From Octopus vulgaris (Eukaryota), in assembly GCA_951406725.2 (NCBI GenBank), contig OX597816.1, positions 49,724,001 through 49,788,000 of the forward strand: 64,000 nt of DNA, written 5' to 3'. Numbering within the stretch: the first letter of the stretch is position 1; each line of letters starts with the position of its first letter. Positions 38,540 to 60,210 of the stretch are shown here, piece after piece. Made by a program: the position numbers and the translations under genes. A model generated the notes under the pieces. The model saw nothing but the letters and a program-made list of their open reading frames with translations, ran no database searches and had not been told where the DNA came from.

Positions 38540-39330
38540 TGATAGGTGCTAGGACCACGGAGAACATCCAGGAAATGGCTAACTTCATCTACAAGAGTAT
38601 TAAGGTACAGTAGATTACCCTAGTAAGCACCCCAATTGCAAACTTCCTGTTTTATACTCTGAACTCTGGGTGGAAACTAGCAATAACAAGGTCGAAATTC
38701 TCCTTTCGCACTATGCCAAAATCATGGCCTCCAAAAACCTGGTCCACCGGAACACAGCAACTACGGATAATATCATAATAGCAGACTTGATAAGAGAAAA
38801 GGCCCCTGCATATGTGAAGCAACGGAATTAGAGAGGCACGTACTATATACCGCATGCAGTTTTCTGCGTGTATCCAAAGAGAGAGGATCAGGGGGTACAA
38901 AAGTGTCATGACAGAATTCAAGACCCACTCAGAGGGTGACGCAAATGTAATGTGACCGCTACACGGGAGCGAATCATAGAATATCATAGAAGGAACTAAG
39001 AGGAAGATAGGTAATGCCAATTGCTGATAGGATAGTCAAAAATACCAGAGATTCATGTTCATCGATGTTATCCCTGGAAGTGAACTAGAGGGTCATTTTC
39101 TCAAAACTTTAAGTAAAACGAATCTGCGATTAAAGTTTTAGAAAGGCCTGGAACTCCCACAAAATACCTGATCTGTAGAACATATATATTTAAAAGAGCC
39201 ATCTGCATTGGTAAGAACTGTATACTGTGTAGAGTAGGCCCACTGATAAACAGCAAAATTAGGAATGCAGTCAATATCGTTAGGTGTACAGAGGGACAAT
39301 GCAGAAACACAGCAGAAACAAACATTGGTT
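38540..39330 (+). pseudogene. Possible very old Naiad-type PLE C-terminal remnant
   Basis: Scattered words YPSKHP, KFSFRTMPK, TEFKTH, CILC occur in the same order as FPTQHK, RLSYSTTPN, GFKTR, CDLC in the 53-55 kb copy. Confidence 0.35.
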
Positions 39331-39719
39331 AAAACTCAAGGAAAAGAGAAAATTGTTAGTGCTATAGCATTCTAAAGTAGAACATGAGGCTTGGAAAACA
39401 ACATAGATGTTACAATCTTATCGACACAGAAGAGCCACTACACTCAGATACATTACGAAACAACACAAAACACACACACACACACACACACACACATACT
39501 CACATACATATATGCAGATGAAAACAAATGCTCAGATAAGGGTTCATACTGCAGAAACAAAAATTGCAATAGACAGGGGAAGACAAGAGAGACGAGGAGT
39601 CACAAGGAACAGAAAGTAATGGAAGAGGTCATAAATTGTGTGACAAAAGAACCGTGATAAATGCCTAAGAATAATAAACTAAAGTGAAGATCAAATATGC
39701 AGTGATGTATCTTTATTGG

Positions 39720-39831
<112 letters not shown>

Positions 39832-39999
39832 GTGTGAAATATAATACAATACATTAAAAATTAAAATAAGCTAAATATTTAATATAGCTAGCCCATCTAT
39901 TATTATCAAAAATGATTATAATAATCAAGTTCATGCTTATGATGGCGACAATGATAATAATACTAATATTGGCTTAAATGTTGCGCAAGTAATATCAGA

Positions 40000-40395
40000 G
40001 GAGGGAGTAAATTAATTACATCGACCCAGTACGTAACTCGTACTTATTTTATCGATCCCAAAATGATGAAAGCCAAAGTTGACCTCCGCGGAATTTGAAC
40101 TCTGAATGTAAAAGTGGGAGAAATGTCACTAAGTATTTTGCCTAACGATTCTACCAGCTCACCGCCTTATGACAATAATACCATTTCTTTTCTATTATAG
40201 GCATAGGGTCTGAAATTATGGTGGAGGCGCCAACTATAAGACCGACGCAAGTGTGTTACTGGTACTTATTTCATTGACTCCGAAAGGACGAAAGGCAAAG
40301 TCGACCTCGACGGAGTTTGATCGTACAACGTGTGAACAGACCAAATGCCGCTATGCATTTTCCCGGTGTGCTAACGACTCTACAAGCTCGCCGCT
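40000..40395 (-). mobile_element. Two adjacent diverged SINE family C copies (~40000..40148 and ~40195..40395)
   Basis: Each has GTACTTATTT..GAAAG(G/C)CAAAGT(C/T)GACCTC..GGA(A/G)TTTGA and CTAACGA(T/C)TCTAC.AGCTC.CCGC. Confidence 0.75.
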
Positions 40396-40541
40396 TTCTG
40401 ATGATAATTATAATATTAATAGCATTAGCAACAACAAGAATAACAAAGAGGAGGCATTAAGCACATTGGAAATTTACCGATGTTTTCAAAGTAAAATAAT
40501 GTTGCAATAATGTTGCATAGTCTTATATTGTTATAAATATA

Positions 40542-41044
40542 TTGGGTTGTCTGGAAAGTTTGTGCCGATTTATAGTAGCTTATTTTTCGACTTATTTTAG
40601 AACATGGTTGAGTCCATGAAGTAGAACTTGATTACACCTCCATTTAGAGCATAGTTTAAGCTATCTTTTCGTGGAGCAAGATTTATGTTCCTATAAACTG
40701 TGTTAATTCTGTAATTCATTTTCAGCACTTGATGCTTTGGGAACCAGACAAAAATTGATGCAGCTTGGCTGGGATGGATTTCCACTTATTCAGGTCTCTG
40801 CAGAATAGTCTTCATTGTAAAAACTTCAATTCCTTGAATGACGTAAAAAGATACCTTGATGAATTCTTTTCCATGAAACTACCACAATTCTGGGAAGAGG
40901 GATTTTCAAGTAGTTAAAGGAAAGATGGAGACGCATTGTGCAACAAAATGGTTCATATTTGGTTGATTAAAAATATAATGGCAAGTATTTATTGATCTTT
41001 TTTCTTTCCTTTAAAAATCGGCGCGAACTTTCCGGACAACCCAA
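40542..41044 (+). mobile_element. Internally deleted mariner (~500 bp) retaining the transposase C-terminus
   Basis: TIRs TTGGGTTGTCTGGAAAGTTTGTGCCGATTT and AAATCGGCGCGAACTTTCCGGACAACCCAA, both flanked by TA; encodes HLFRSLQNSL..YLDEFF..FWEEGI..ERWRRIVQQNGSYLVD*. Confidence 0.88.
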
Positions 41045-41748
41045 TACATTTCTCTTAAAACAAATGTCATAACTGAAGTCAGCAGGAACAGCAAGTACAT
41101 CTGAGCATAACATGAGTCATTTATAAAGCTTTGACAGTATATCCTTGCGTGGATACTGAAAACACTAGTACTATGAACAAGAGTACCTTAACAATAACGA
41201 AGCGTTATGTAGTTAGGAATACTGTGAATATAGAGTCATATGGCCGTATGCTATCAGAAAGCCATTACCAACTATTCAATTTAGGGATACAAATATATCT
41301 AATGATGATTAATGGAAACCTACCAAAAAGAAAAATTTCGGTAATGACCAAATGTCGGAAATTGCAAAAAACGTCCTACGCTAAACACAAGTTTAAATAT
41401 TCCGCGAGAAAGTGAGGGCAAGCAAAGTCCTAACATGGCTAATAACTGAAACGTGCTGAAAAGGAGAGAAGTATACAAGAAAACGTTAGAAAATTATATG
41501 AAAAATAACAAGATTGAGTTTCCACGGAGACTGAAGAATTATTGAATGCGGGACCGCATTAAGACCTAGCCACAAGAAACCACACAAAAACTGTAATGAG
41601 ACGGAATGCAACAGCTGCAGAATATGCGCATTTTGGAACGATACAATTAATGACATTTTGGCTGACTATTCAGTTTTAGTCAAGAAATAAGATCAACAGT
41701 GAAGGCATCATTAGGACTTATAGTACAAGGAAAGCGATATATATAATA

Positions 41749-42207
41749 CGAGCAAAACGCCCCTCGTCCAATAGACGGTGCTGATTGTCAAACATTTAAA
41801 CCAAATGTTCTCAAAACAACATTTCCGACCATCCCATAGGGTTCCCCTTTGAGATACACTGATTTAACGTAAATTTGAGACACCAGCAAAAGAAGAAATA
41901 AAGATAGACTTTTCTGTTCCAAAGAAAAACGATTTTATTCACACAAATATGCAACCGAAGAGTTTAAAGTACCAGTAAGTACATCGCAACAGCTGATGTG
42001 CTTGCGCGTACAAATCAAATACACGTTCACACGGCTTTATCGATCGCATTCTTACCTGGAATCGATTTTTATAGTTTTTTTCAAGACTTTTACACGCTCT
42101 GATACCGTCGGTATCCACATATGAAATTTGAGCGCAATCGGATGGAAGATGCCCGAGATCCTAGAAGACACACACACAGGTAGACAGAAGCGATTTTGTA
42201 TAATAGA
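41749..42207 (-). mobile_element. Non-autonomous Helitron-like element
   Basis: Minus strand starts A|TC and ends with a CGTC-TATTG-GACG hairpin then CTCG|T (degenerate CTRR). Internal AAATTTGAGCGCAATCGG plus a CA/GACA tract is typical of such elements. Confidence 0.5.
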
Positions 42208-42607
42208 TGAGATCAAAGTAATGTACAGTACATTCTTGCCAAAAACTATTTCCTAATCGCAGTATCAATTGTAATGTGCGATAACGAACTCTTGAAGAAA
42301 TAGAACATTTCAAATATATTTATCTAGATATAGAAAGATAGGTACATGTAGGTTGAAAGCAGAAACAATCCCTAATCTAGGAAGTGCCTTGATAACAAAA
42401 AATAATGCATAGAAATATAAAAACAATTAAATAAAAAAAATAGAACAACATATAAGAATTAACACTACTGAGAATTACATACATATTTTGGGGCGGACCA
42501 CATTTTATTATATCCGAAACTACAACGCCAAGTAAGTCATCTCCGTTTAGCCAAGAAATACAGTCGTGTGCTTTTAGTGAGTGAGATTATTGAATAACAA
42601 TGATTAC

Positions 42608-42731
42608 TTAGTAGCAGCAGTAGTAGTAGTAGTAGTAGCAGTAGTAGTAGTATTAGTAGTACTAGCAGTAGTAGTAGAAGTAGCAGTATTAGTAGTACTA
42701 ACAGTGGTAGCAGTAGCAGCAGCAGCAGCAG
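42608..42731. repeat. (AGT)n/(AGC)n trinucleotide repeat
   Basis: Direct reading; explains the poly-V/A ORF 42581..42766. Confidence 0.9.
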
Positions 42732-42744
42732 TTGTATATAACAT

Positions 42745-42935
42745 CAGTGCAAGACCTGAGATTTGATGGGAAGCATTAGTCTGTTAAATCGACTCCTCAG
42801 CTTCATTAATGCTTTACTTTATCGTGCCTGGAAGGATGAAAGAGAAAGCTGATTCGGTGATTCTGAAACTGAGAAAGTAAAGAGCCGCAGGAAATACCAT
42901 ATGACATTTTGTCAGACGCTCTAATGATTCTGCTG
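42745..42935 (-). mobile_element. SINE family C, highly diverged
   Basis: AATCGACTCC..TTTATCG..GGAAGGATGAAAG..AACTGAGAA..CTAATGATTCTGC. Confidence 0.55.
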
Positions 42936-44026
42936 CTTAAAAAGTATATCATCAATTAATATTAATAATGCTAGCGGGGGAGATTAGAAAAGAGTGTGTG
43001 TGTGTGGGGGGGGGGTTGACTACTGTGAATATTTTTGCTGCTGCAGTTGATGCGTATGCTCTCAGCGATCTATGTTATGATCGTATTTTTCTTCTCCCAT
43101 AATAATAATAATTATGTTAAAAGAACAGAAAGGCAAAGTTATGATATTAATATATCACCTACCAACCGGATTTAGCGCATTATTTTGGCCATTACTGAAA
43201 AATAATCACACCATTTAACAGATAAGCCCAGCGGAAAATTTAGCGGCGAGGGACGAATCGAAGTGATACAGTATCGCTAACAGTTATTGGTTATTTGTAT
43301 ATGGAGTTCTTCAGTATTTCAATCTACCTAAAAGAACAAGCTAGGTGATATTTTAATAAAACCAATTGCGTGTGCTTATCTGCATCAACTTGAGTGGAAA
43401 CTGGAAAACAAAAGAACGGAAAATGTAATAAATCTATAATTATACTTCTCATATGAAAAAGCTGATTCTGTGTAGAAACCTAACGGATTTCTATATTAAA
43501 TGATTATCTAATTATTAGATATTAGAAAAAATGCTGAAAAAAAGCAAAACAAATATAATAATTATAAACGAAATACAATCAATTCGTCGTTATTGCGATA
43601 TTGCTATCTGTTCAATATCCTTTTAGCCAAATTAGGTCAATAGTTGTGTGAGAGGTCAAGAACTAAGCAAATTAGATCAGATTCATTGTTCAGATTCCAT
43701 GTAAAGAGAGCTATGCTAAACGAAAGTTATATATTTCTACTATTTATAACAAGCAATCACGCCATACATCCGAATATAATTACGGGCAAGTTAGCAGAAA
43801 AAAATATATATATAGCATTTATAGAGATATGGAAACAGATTTGCAGCACTAATAGGAACAATAAGAGCACAATACTCATGCACGCGTACATACAGAATCA
43901 ATCATATATGCGTGTGTATGTGTGTGTTTGTATGTGTGTCTGTACGCAGAGACACTTATGTATGTATACATAAATACGTATGTATATGTATACACACACA
44001 CAAAAACACACACACACACACATATA

Positions 44027-44220
<194 letters not shown>

Positions 44221-44267
44221 TAAATGAAAGAATGGAGTCGAACGAAGATGTTAACAAAATTCCTTTA

Positions 44268-44349
44268 CTCTCGACATATGTTTCGAAGACAGCATGCTTT
44301 CATTCCAAAGGAATAAAGGGTGCATTATGCAATCTTCTCATCAGGAAAG
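44268..44349 (-). ncRNA. Type I hammerhead ribozyme
   Basis: Minus strand reads CTTTC-CTGATGA-GAAGA..TCTTC-GAAA-CATATG-TC-GAGAG. Confidence 0.8.
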
Positions 44350-45052
44350 AAAGGGAGACTCTCTCGACAACAAGACAAACAAAAATTTCGATGATTGCCT
44401 ACATGGTAAACAAAGCGATAATGAGTGTTTTTTTTAAAAAAACCGTTAGAATTGACGTCAAAGATAGATAGTAGGAAGAGAAGGGATAAAGTAATAATAG
44501 GTAGGGAACAGTATGTTTGCTGTATGCATGGAAATGTGTGGGTGTGTGCTTGTATTAATGAGTGCGTATGTTTGTGTGTGTGTATAACGGCATTAGTGTC
44601 TGTGTGTGTGATTGTGTGTGTGAGAGAGATACAGACGTCAAAGATAGATAGTAGGAAGAGAAAGGAAAAAGGAATAATAGGTAGGGAACAAGTGGAGAGG
44701 GAGGGTACGTTGATTGAAAGAATGTTCGAAGGCTTGGGAAAGAATTTCTCTATAGGAGTGGGGTGGACATAAAGCTAATTTTTCAAACCACAGTGACTAT
44801 CGTTATCATTTATATGAGTAGAAAGTGTGTTTCTACCAGTGTTTACATTTGTATTTTTTCTATGAATGTGTTTACTAGGGGAACCTTAGAGAAAAGAATA
44901 TGGAAGAGCTCAGAGTTACAAATGTTACTATCTATCTTTGACGTCAATTCTTCTAACGATTTTTAAAAGAAAAACACTCATTATCGCTTTGTTTACCATG
45001 TAGGCAATCATCGAAATGTTTGTTTGTCTTGTTGTCGAGAGAGGCTCCCTTT

Positions 45053-45134
45053 CTTTCCTGATGAGAAGATTGCATAATGCACCCCTTATTTTTTTGGAAT
45101 GAAAACATGCTGTCTTCGAAACATATGTCGAGAG
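45053..45134 (+). ncRNA. Type I hammerhead ribozyme
   Basis: CTTTC-CTGATGA-GAAGA..TCTTC-GAAA-CATATG-TC-GAGAG: canonical core, palindromic ACATATGT stem III, GUC triplet. Confidence 0.8.
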
Positions 45135-45335
45135 TAAAGGAATTTTGTTAACTTCTTCGTTCGACTCCATTCTTTCATTTATTCATATACAACACACAAA
45201 TTTCTGCACATGAACACGGAGTTTCTACCCTTGACAGGTCGCTTCAACCGTGTTTCTGACGTGAATTTGCTACCCAGGTTTCGGTTAAACGAATTTTCCA
45301 TGCTGACGATAAACATAGGATAATTCATTCACCTA

Positions 45336-45396
<61 letters not shown>

Positions 45397-45428
45397 GTAT
45401 GTGTATGTATTTATATATATACATATAA

Positions 45429-45462
<34 letters not shown>

Positions 45463-45592
45463 TATATGTACATATATATATATATATATGCATATATGTA
45501 CATATATATATATATGTATATATATGCATATATGTACATATATATATATGTATATATATGCATATATGTACATATATATATATATATATATA

Positions 45593-45643
<51 letters not shown>

Positions 45644-45819
45644 AAAAGTTAATGAGAACGTGCATTACATAAATAACATTTCCAGGATATATATATATAT
45701 ATATATATATATTCGTACCTGAATATTACATATGTGGGTGTGTACGTGTGGGTACGTGTGTGCGTGTGTGTAATATTTTATGTTTCTTTTATCCGGACCT
45801 ACAGCTATTCGCAAAGATT

Positions 45820-46390
45820 TATAAACACTTGGACGCATTGTGCTCGCCTCCTTCCTTGCAAACCGATCACGGATATCGTCCTTAATTTCGGTTTCTCCTG
45901 GAGTCTTTGACGGTTTCTTTCATTGAATCATCAAATCTTTTCCCCGTTGCACCAGTACGGTGGCCTCCATAAGCAAACTCAAAATACAAGATTGTCAATG
46001 AAAGTTTAAATTGAAGCATTCTAACGACGTGTCTGTCCCAAATCATTTGTATTATTTTCAGCCTACCAAACTGGGACATAAGTTGAGAACCTCTGTATTC
46101 AGAATTTATTCTACCGTTTCCATGTTTGGAATCAGCCCTTTTAAATATATGAGGAAATGATTATGCTCTTTAGCATAGGATCGGTACACGATCCACGTTT
46201 CCCAAAATAGTGATTTGAGAGAACGACTACATTGTATGCTTTGAATTTGAAATAGATGGCCAGATGCTTGCTGGAGTCTTCTGATGTAAGTAATGAACAG
46301 TCGTCAGCACACAGCTGTATAAGTTATTTTAGATGCCTAACTTTCGTTTTTACTTGCAATCTGCAGAGTTAGATAATTTGTAATCGTACA
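45820..46390 (-). pseudogene. Decayed RTE-clade LINE 3' fragment
   Basis: WDRHVVRM..ILYFEFAYGGHRTGATGKRFDDSMK resembles the RTE C-terminal pattern W.GHV.RM..ILYGEL..G.R..G...KRFKD.LK. Confidence 0.65.
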
Positions 46391-46796
46391 TGTATCCAGT
46401 TTCAGTTCCAGGAAGAAGAATTTTGAATGTCTCTTGCCTCATTGGCCAAAATATAGTGAAAGCTGTAGATGCAAATGTACAACACTATTTCACAAAATTT
46501 GTGCCTGAAATTGTTATAAATATGTCTTTATTACTCGTAATATCGACGTCTATATCTTTATCAAACTCGCACACCACTTGCACGAGCATTAATCTATTAC
46601 TTTAATCGCAGTTTACCTTACAATATATACAAGCATATATGCAGTTCCAAAATCGAGCCAAGAACTTGGGCAATTTTATAGAACAATACCTACATCATGC
46701 ACACATGCCCACCTACACCCACACACGCGCGCACACACACACGCATATATGTGTGTAACTATGTAAGCTTCTATCTCTCTCTCACTCTCTCTCTCG

Positions 46797-46878
<82 letters not shown>

Positions 46879-49663
46879 GTTTGTGTGTGTGCATGCTGAG
46901 GGATCTATAGAACCATTACAATGTCGTGTGGAATCTAACGCAGGACTTATGCTGATGCACTCTACTGTCACTTCCAATACCATTGGTGTCAAATGTGTTG
47001 CTCATAAATTCGGCGTCTACAATTTGCGTATTAAGAACTGGAAATCTATTTCTTTCTCATTGTATTCTTGCTTTAATGTCGATGAATATATAAAGTGTTA
47101 AGGAAAGTCATATATATGAGTTCGTGAGTCTGTGTGAATATGTCTTTTTCTTTTTTATCTTTATATTTAATTGGCGTAAAAAATAATCTTGAGTACAGGA
47201 AGATTTGTTAGAAAAAACAAAGACCATTAAAACATATACTAAACGTAAATAATTACTGCGTTCAATATTATCTACAAACATCCTTCAAAATGCTGCCTCT
47301 GTATGGCTAGAATTTAATTTCTGCAACTAGTAAAATTATAAAACAATAATTTAAGGGCTTAAAGTGTTTATATCTAAGTTTCCATGCTGTTCCATGAGGA
47401 ATCTCCTTTAGATAATTAGATTTCTTCGCATCTAAATATATTTCACTTTATTTTTGTCGCTAATGCCCTTCAGAATATCATACAAATTAAATAATCTCGT
47501 TTCTTCCGCTTGTTAAATCTAAGAATATATGCTTACGTAAGGAATGTGAATGTAGTTTTTGAAGCTCAGCCAGAAAGAGAAAATATTTGTAAATAAATTA
47601 CAAATAACATGATTGCATTAAGCAATAAAACAAAAAAAAATGTCGAAAAGAAGTAATGCAAAATAAAATGTTTCTGGTGAGATTGATCTATTCGATTAAC
47701 TTTGCCGACGGTAAGTAAAACACAGGAATTCATGTTATATTATGTAGGTGAAATATATACGCGTGTAGTTACAAAAGGACATAGAAATATATTTAAATTG
47801 TTGCAAAGGTTATACTTGATATTATTTAATATGTCATCATTACAGTGACATATAGTAGGTGTGAGAACTATATTAAAATTAAAGTGAAAATGTATCATTG
47901 ACAATTTAATGCTATATTATGATAAAGAAATTGCCGTTTACATCTCGAGATGGCTTTCAAGTTAATTTTAAGAAAGCCTTTATTCTTTTGCTATGCAAAC
48001 TATATAATGAGCTTATATTTAAAAGTTTTGTATTGTGCGGAATATCCTAGTTATTCTCAATATTCTAGTTATTATCAATCCTATTTCGTAGAAATTATTG
48101 TCGTTTAAATTGATTCATGCACATCTCAAATGTAAAAGTAAAATAAAATAAACAAAAAACTAAAATGATGCCCAGCGTCACCAACGACCAACGGCCGATT
48201 GTCTATAGGCCATGTATTATCTATTCATAACCTATATTGTTATAAGCAATTCTTTGTAAAATTCGCACCAACATCGCTTAAGTAGTAAAAAGTATATATT
48301 TTGAATTTTGTTTCAATCATTATAAATCTTCATACATCGCAGGGACAGCTTTTCGTATATACATATTGTTTTATTGTCGATATACTACACCTTTATATAG
48401 AAACTTGTGTATAATAGTGAATTCGCAACACCTATATTTTACAAATTATACTTTATGTAGGTTTCCAATTATCATGTCTCTATTCCATTTATAAGGCTAA
48501 CACAATTTTGATATCAATGATAAAGGTGATTATACGGTTCCATTTTCAATTAGGATAATTAATCTTTCCAGATCAGAGGAGTCCATTTTCTAAAGCTGAA
48601 TGTTATTAAACGAAACATTAGTTGACATTAAAAGTCTAGAGTCATTTCAATTACTTTATATTACACTTAATAGACCCAGCTGGTATTTGTCAAACATCCT
48701 TCAATTCGGATAACATCTCCTTTTTGTAAATTGTTTCGTGAGTTGTATTTCAGTTTAGCATTTAAATGACATTTAAAATTATAAATTTCGTGTCAAATTT
48801 CACACTCCTCAATATTACTAGCATTCTTAATTTTGAACCGATTCTTATTTTACTCTCATTATATCTTATGTCATTTCGTGAGCGTCGATCTCTTCATTTC
48901 AAACTTCCTCCACCGAAAGAAACAATTACTGCAGTATTGCAGCACGGAATCAGACGATATTGATTTTTAATACATGTCAAACAAAAATACGCATTAAAAA
49001 TATCTTCTTAAGCTAAACTGATTCGTCTATATTATATATGCCAGGAGATTTTAACTGAAGGCAGTGATCTATATTACTTAAAAATGACTGCGAACTGCAA
49101 AGGCTAAGAAATAAATCACTGCATAGATGAATGTATGATCTTGTTTCCATTGGTAGTTCTATGAAGCTCAAATCTCCTATATCACAAATTTTACTCGAGG
49201 AACGAAACAATAGTACACATTTTGCAGCCATGTAATGTATAATGTTTTACATAACAAAGAAAAAGGAAGAATAATGAAATTTCTGTGATTAAGGTTACGA
49301 TTTAAATGCCGCTGAAATGTTTGCAATGCAATAAAGCGATCACAGCATGTCGCTTATTGTATTATTCTCGAGATGATGAATAGTAAGTATAACTTTCGGA
49401 AAATTGCGAAATTTGAACAGTCGGAACAAACTAGATACAATAGGCCTTCCGGTGTAATTTCACAACCAAAGATGTCACTCATTATTACGCTTATGGAGAC
49501 TTATACAATTTCCACTTCTGTAATTACAGACGAGAGATGGTAAGATGAATACAATTAATGTAAGAATCACAGTAGTAATGACCCAACAGCAAACGTATAC
49601 TTGTATATTGTAGAAATTCTTACACAGACAGACAGAAATATACATGCACAGAGACGAACATGC

Positions 49664-49707
<44 letters not shown>

Positions 49708-49752
49708 CAGGCACACAGAATATATACACTATATGGGAAATAAATATGTATA

Positions 49753-49917
49753 TAGACGCAGGAGTGACTGTGTGGCAAGTAGCTTACTTAACAACCACAT
49801 GGTTCCGGGTTCAGTCCCACTGCGTGGCACCATGGGCAAGTGTCTTCTACTATAGCCGCGCACTAAACAAAGTCTTGTGAGTGGATTTAGTAGACAGAAA
49901 AGAAAAAAGCCTGTCGT
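49753..49917 (+). mobile_element. SINE family A, 5' half
   Basis: CGCAGGAGTGACTGTGTGGCAAGTAGC..GGTTCCGGGTTCAGTCCCACTGCGTGGCACC. Confidence 0.85.
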
Positions 49918-49927
49918 ATAAACATAC

Positions 49928-49985
<58 letters not shown>

Positions 49986-50095
49986 GTGTGTGTATGTATC
50001 TATGTATGTATGTAAGTATGTATATGTATACCTATCTATATATCTATATATATACACATATACACACACACACACGCACACACATATATATATAT

Positions 50096-50194
<99 letters not shown>

Positions 50195-50722
50195 AATTTA
50201 AATATTATTTTTTAAGGAATAAAAATTCCGGCATAACAGAGGTTCAAATTGTTCTCAATGAAGAAATATATTTTAATTTAGAGATAGTAGACCCCTACAT
50301 CTCAACTAATTTAAAATAATTTTTATTTTTATTTTAAATATATACTGTTTTATTACTTGGCAACCGGTGTTTCATGAGGTACATCCTCGGGTTCCTTAAC
50401 CACTCCTTGTTTCCATGGAACCCCTCTCAAAATGCCTCCCCAATACTCAGGCCATTATATAACTTCATCAACGTTCAATACAATAAACTATATTTTAATT
50501 TTTTTAAACCCTTAAGTATGTGTAAATTAGGTATGTTTAAATTAGTTTCGCTGGACTCTACAGTACAAGCCATAATTCAGATAAAAATTCAAATAAAGAT
50601 AAAAAGTTACAGAAATAAAAGTTACACGAATAAAGTAAGGAATTAAAAGAAAACGAAACTTTACAAATGTTAGTAATATATAAATATATAGTGTTCCAAA
50701 TAAAACAAAATTATATGTATAC

Positions 50723-50767
<45 letters not shown>

Positions 50768-50851
50768 GGTGCTATTAAGTTAGACATGGCCTGGGCCAAT
50801 AATGGCCGAAACCTATCAAAGTATCAAAGTATATATATTTATAAATATATA

Positions 50852-50895
<44 letters not shown>

Positions 50896-50971
50896 AGGTC
50901 CCGGGTTGATTCGGGGTTAACCACAGTAAATAAGGTACTCAATACATAAAATTAATTTATTATATAGAAGG

Positions 50972-51022
50972 AGCTTCTACAGGACTAGAACTGTTTCATT
51001 CAAGAGAAATCATCAGGAAGCT
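50972..51022 (-). ncRNA. Type I hammerhead ribozyme with a closed stem III (monomeric fold possible)
   Basis: Minus strand reads AGCTTC-CTGATGA-TTTCTCTTGAAT-GAAA-CAG-TTCTAGTC-CTG-TA-GAAGCT. Confidence 0.85.
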
Positions 51023-51527
51023 AGTTAACAAGAATTGTATTGGCATTTATACATTTAGGCAGGTTTAAAGGGGTGGTGGTGGGGGACTTTTTGGGGGTAG
51101 GCATAGCGCAAAAATATCATACTTGGGGGAGTGGTCAAGGAGTCAGTGGTAAATTAGATAAAAGAATGAATAAAAGAATAAAAAAATATATAGAGAAGAA
51201 TAGAGTTTTAGGTAAATAAGGAGATTCTCACTTATACATATACACATATGTATATATACACACACACACACACATATACATACACACATACATACACACA
51301 CACATATATATATACATATATATATACAAATACATATATACACATATATACATATATATATATATATACATAAACATGCATACATATACACACACACATG
51401 TATATATACACACACGACCACACATACATATACACACAAAAAAATATATACATACACACACATACACATAAACACATACACACACATATCCACATACACA
51501 CATGCACACACAAGTCCCTATATACAC

Positions 51528-51576
<49 letters not shown>

Positions 51577-52266
51577 TATATATATATGTGTGTACCTATA
51601 CATACCTACACATACACACATATACATACAAATACAAACCCATTCCCTAATTTTAATTTTATTATTATCTTCATTTATTACTTTTGTTATCTTTGACCGC
51701 GGGTCACAAGCATCTTGGCTACGACAGCAAGTCCATTTATCTTTCTACTTGAACACAAGCACTCACTCACGCACGCACACTCATTAGCACGCACACTCAC
51801 TCATTCGTACAGTCATACACACACACGCACGCCCGCGTTATATTCATACATACATACATCTACATACATTCACATATATACACATACGTACGCGTACCTA
51901 CAGATTCATGTCTACACGCTTAGATGACTAGTCCATACATATACACCAATAAATATATATACACACATACATATACACCTACATACAAATACATACATAC
52001 ATATATACACATACACACACCCACACATATACATATACATACATATACGCGCATACATACACATACATATACATACACACACATATACATACACATATAT
52101 ATATATATATACACATACATATACATATACACACATACACACACACATATATATATACACACACACATACATATACATACACATATATGTATATACACAT
52201 GTGTGCATACATACATACATACTCATACACACACACACACTTACACATACATATATACACACACTT

Positions 52267-52309
<43 letters not shown>

Positions 52310-52325
52310 TATACACACACATATT

Positions 52326-52377
<52 letters not shown>

Positions 52378-52464
52378 CACACATACACATACACACATAT
52401 ATACATATATACATACACATACACATACTCACACACACACACATATATATACATACATACACAT

Positions 52465-52504
<40 letters not shown>

Positions 52505-52535
52505 GCGCATACGTATAACTCTACATACCTACATA

Positions 52536-52583
<48 letters not shown>

Positions 52584-52791
52584 CACACATATATATATAC
52601 CCATCTACAATCTGTATATACACACACATACATGCACATACACATAACTCTACATACCTACATATACATCGACATACTCGCGTATACTTATATATATATA
52701 TATACACATACACATACATGTACATATATATATATATATATATAAATATATATATATACACACACATATATATACACACACACACACACAT

Positions 52792-52831
<40 letters not shown>

Positions 52832-53108
52832 ACAATTGAGGGTAAAGTTAATTAGTTATTAATCAATTTCTCCAAGTATTCAGTATGTAAAAGGACCATT
52901 ATTTTTGAGTAAACATTGTCTGAGAGAAATTTTCTTTAAGTAGTGGAAATGGCTAAAAAACTTTTTGGGCTGCAATTTCTAGAAAGTTCAGTATGTGGCA
53001 AAGTAATTTATTTTACTAAGCCCTAATTATATAATATTTTACATATACATACATATATATACACACATACATATACACATACATATGCATACACACACAT
53101 ATACATAT

Positions 53109-53198
<90 letters not shown>

Positions 53199-53382
53199 TA
53201 CATACATACACACACACACATAATACATGCGTATATTCCTACTATACCCGTACATATCTATACATATATACGATACACATATACAAGCGTACACATACAA
53301 TATGTGAAAGGTCTTAGGAGAAAAGGTAATCGGGGGTGCTAGGGGAACGGTGGGATTGGGGGGGTTTGTGGGTGGGGTGTCA

Positions 53383-58340
<4,958 letters not shown>

Positions 58341-58345
58341 ACACA

Positions 58346-58385
<40 letters not shown>

Positions 58386-58407
58386 ATATGTATATACATA
58401 TATACGT

Positions 58408-58438
<31 letters not shown>

Positions 58439-58447
58439 TATATTTAT

Positions 58448-58508
<61 letters not shown>

Positions 58509-58531
58509 GTTTATATATATAAATATGTATG

Positions 58532-58566
<35 letters not shown>

Positions 58567-58589
58567 GTATGTATATATATCTATATGTT

Positions 58590-58656
<67 letters not shown>

Positions 58657-58899
58657 GTATGTATATATATATGTATATATTAATAAAAAGAATTCCAACC
58701 TTGTCTGATTTTCACGTTTTATTTACAATCTTATAATGATATATTATAAGATAATATATTATAATTGAATAAAAATAAAATATGAGAAATAGTAGAATGT
58801 TAAATATTCATTCTGATTGAACTAGTACTTTCATGCATTGAATTCTGCAATCTTCGGGTTCATGTAGTAGTGTTGACAGTCATGCTTCACAATTTTTGA

Positions 58900-60070
<1,171 letters not shown>

Positions 60071-60210
60071 TAGATCAATAAATGGTGGGGTTGTGTTGAC
60101 CTTACGTGGAGAAATAGATAAGTAAGGAAAAATTTTTAAAAATGCAAGAATGCTCAAATGAAAGAAAATTTTAATAAAATGAAAAATGATAAAATATATA
60201 AATATATATT

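Noticed and set aside
47668-47716. Possible first coding exon ATG..GACG|GTAAGT (MFLVRLIYSINFAD)
   Set aside because: A good donor site, but no supporting downstream exon or homology; expected by chance in 64 kb.
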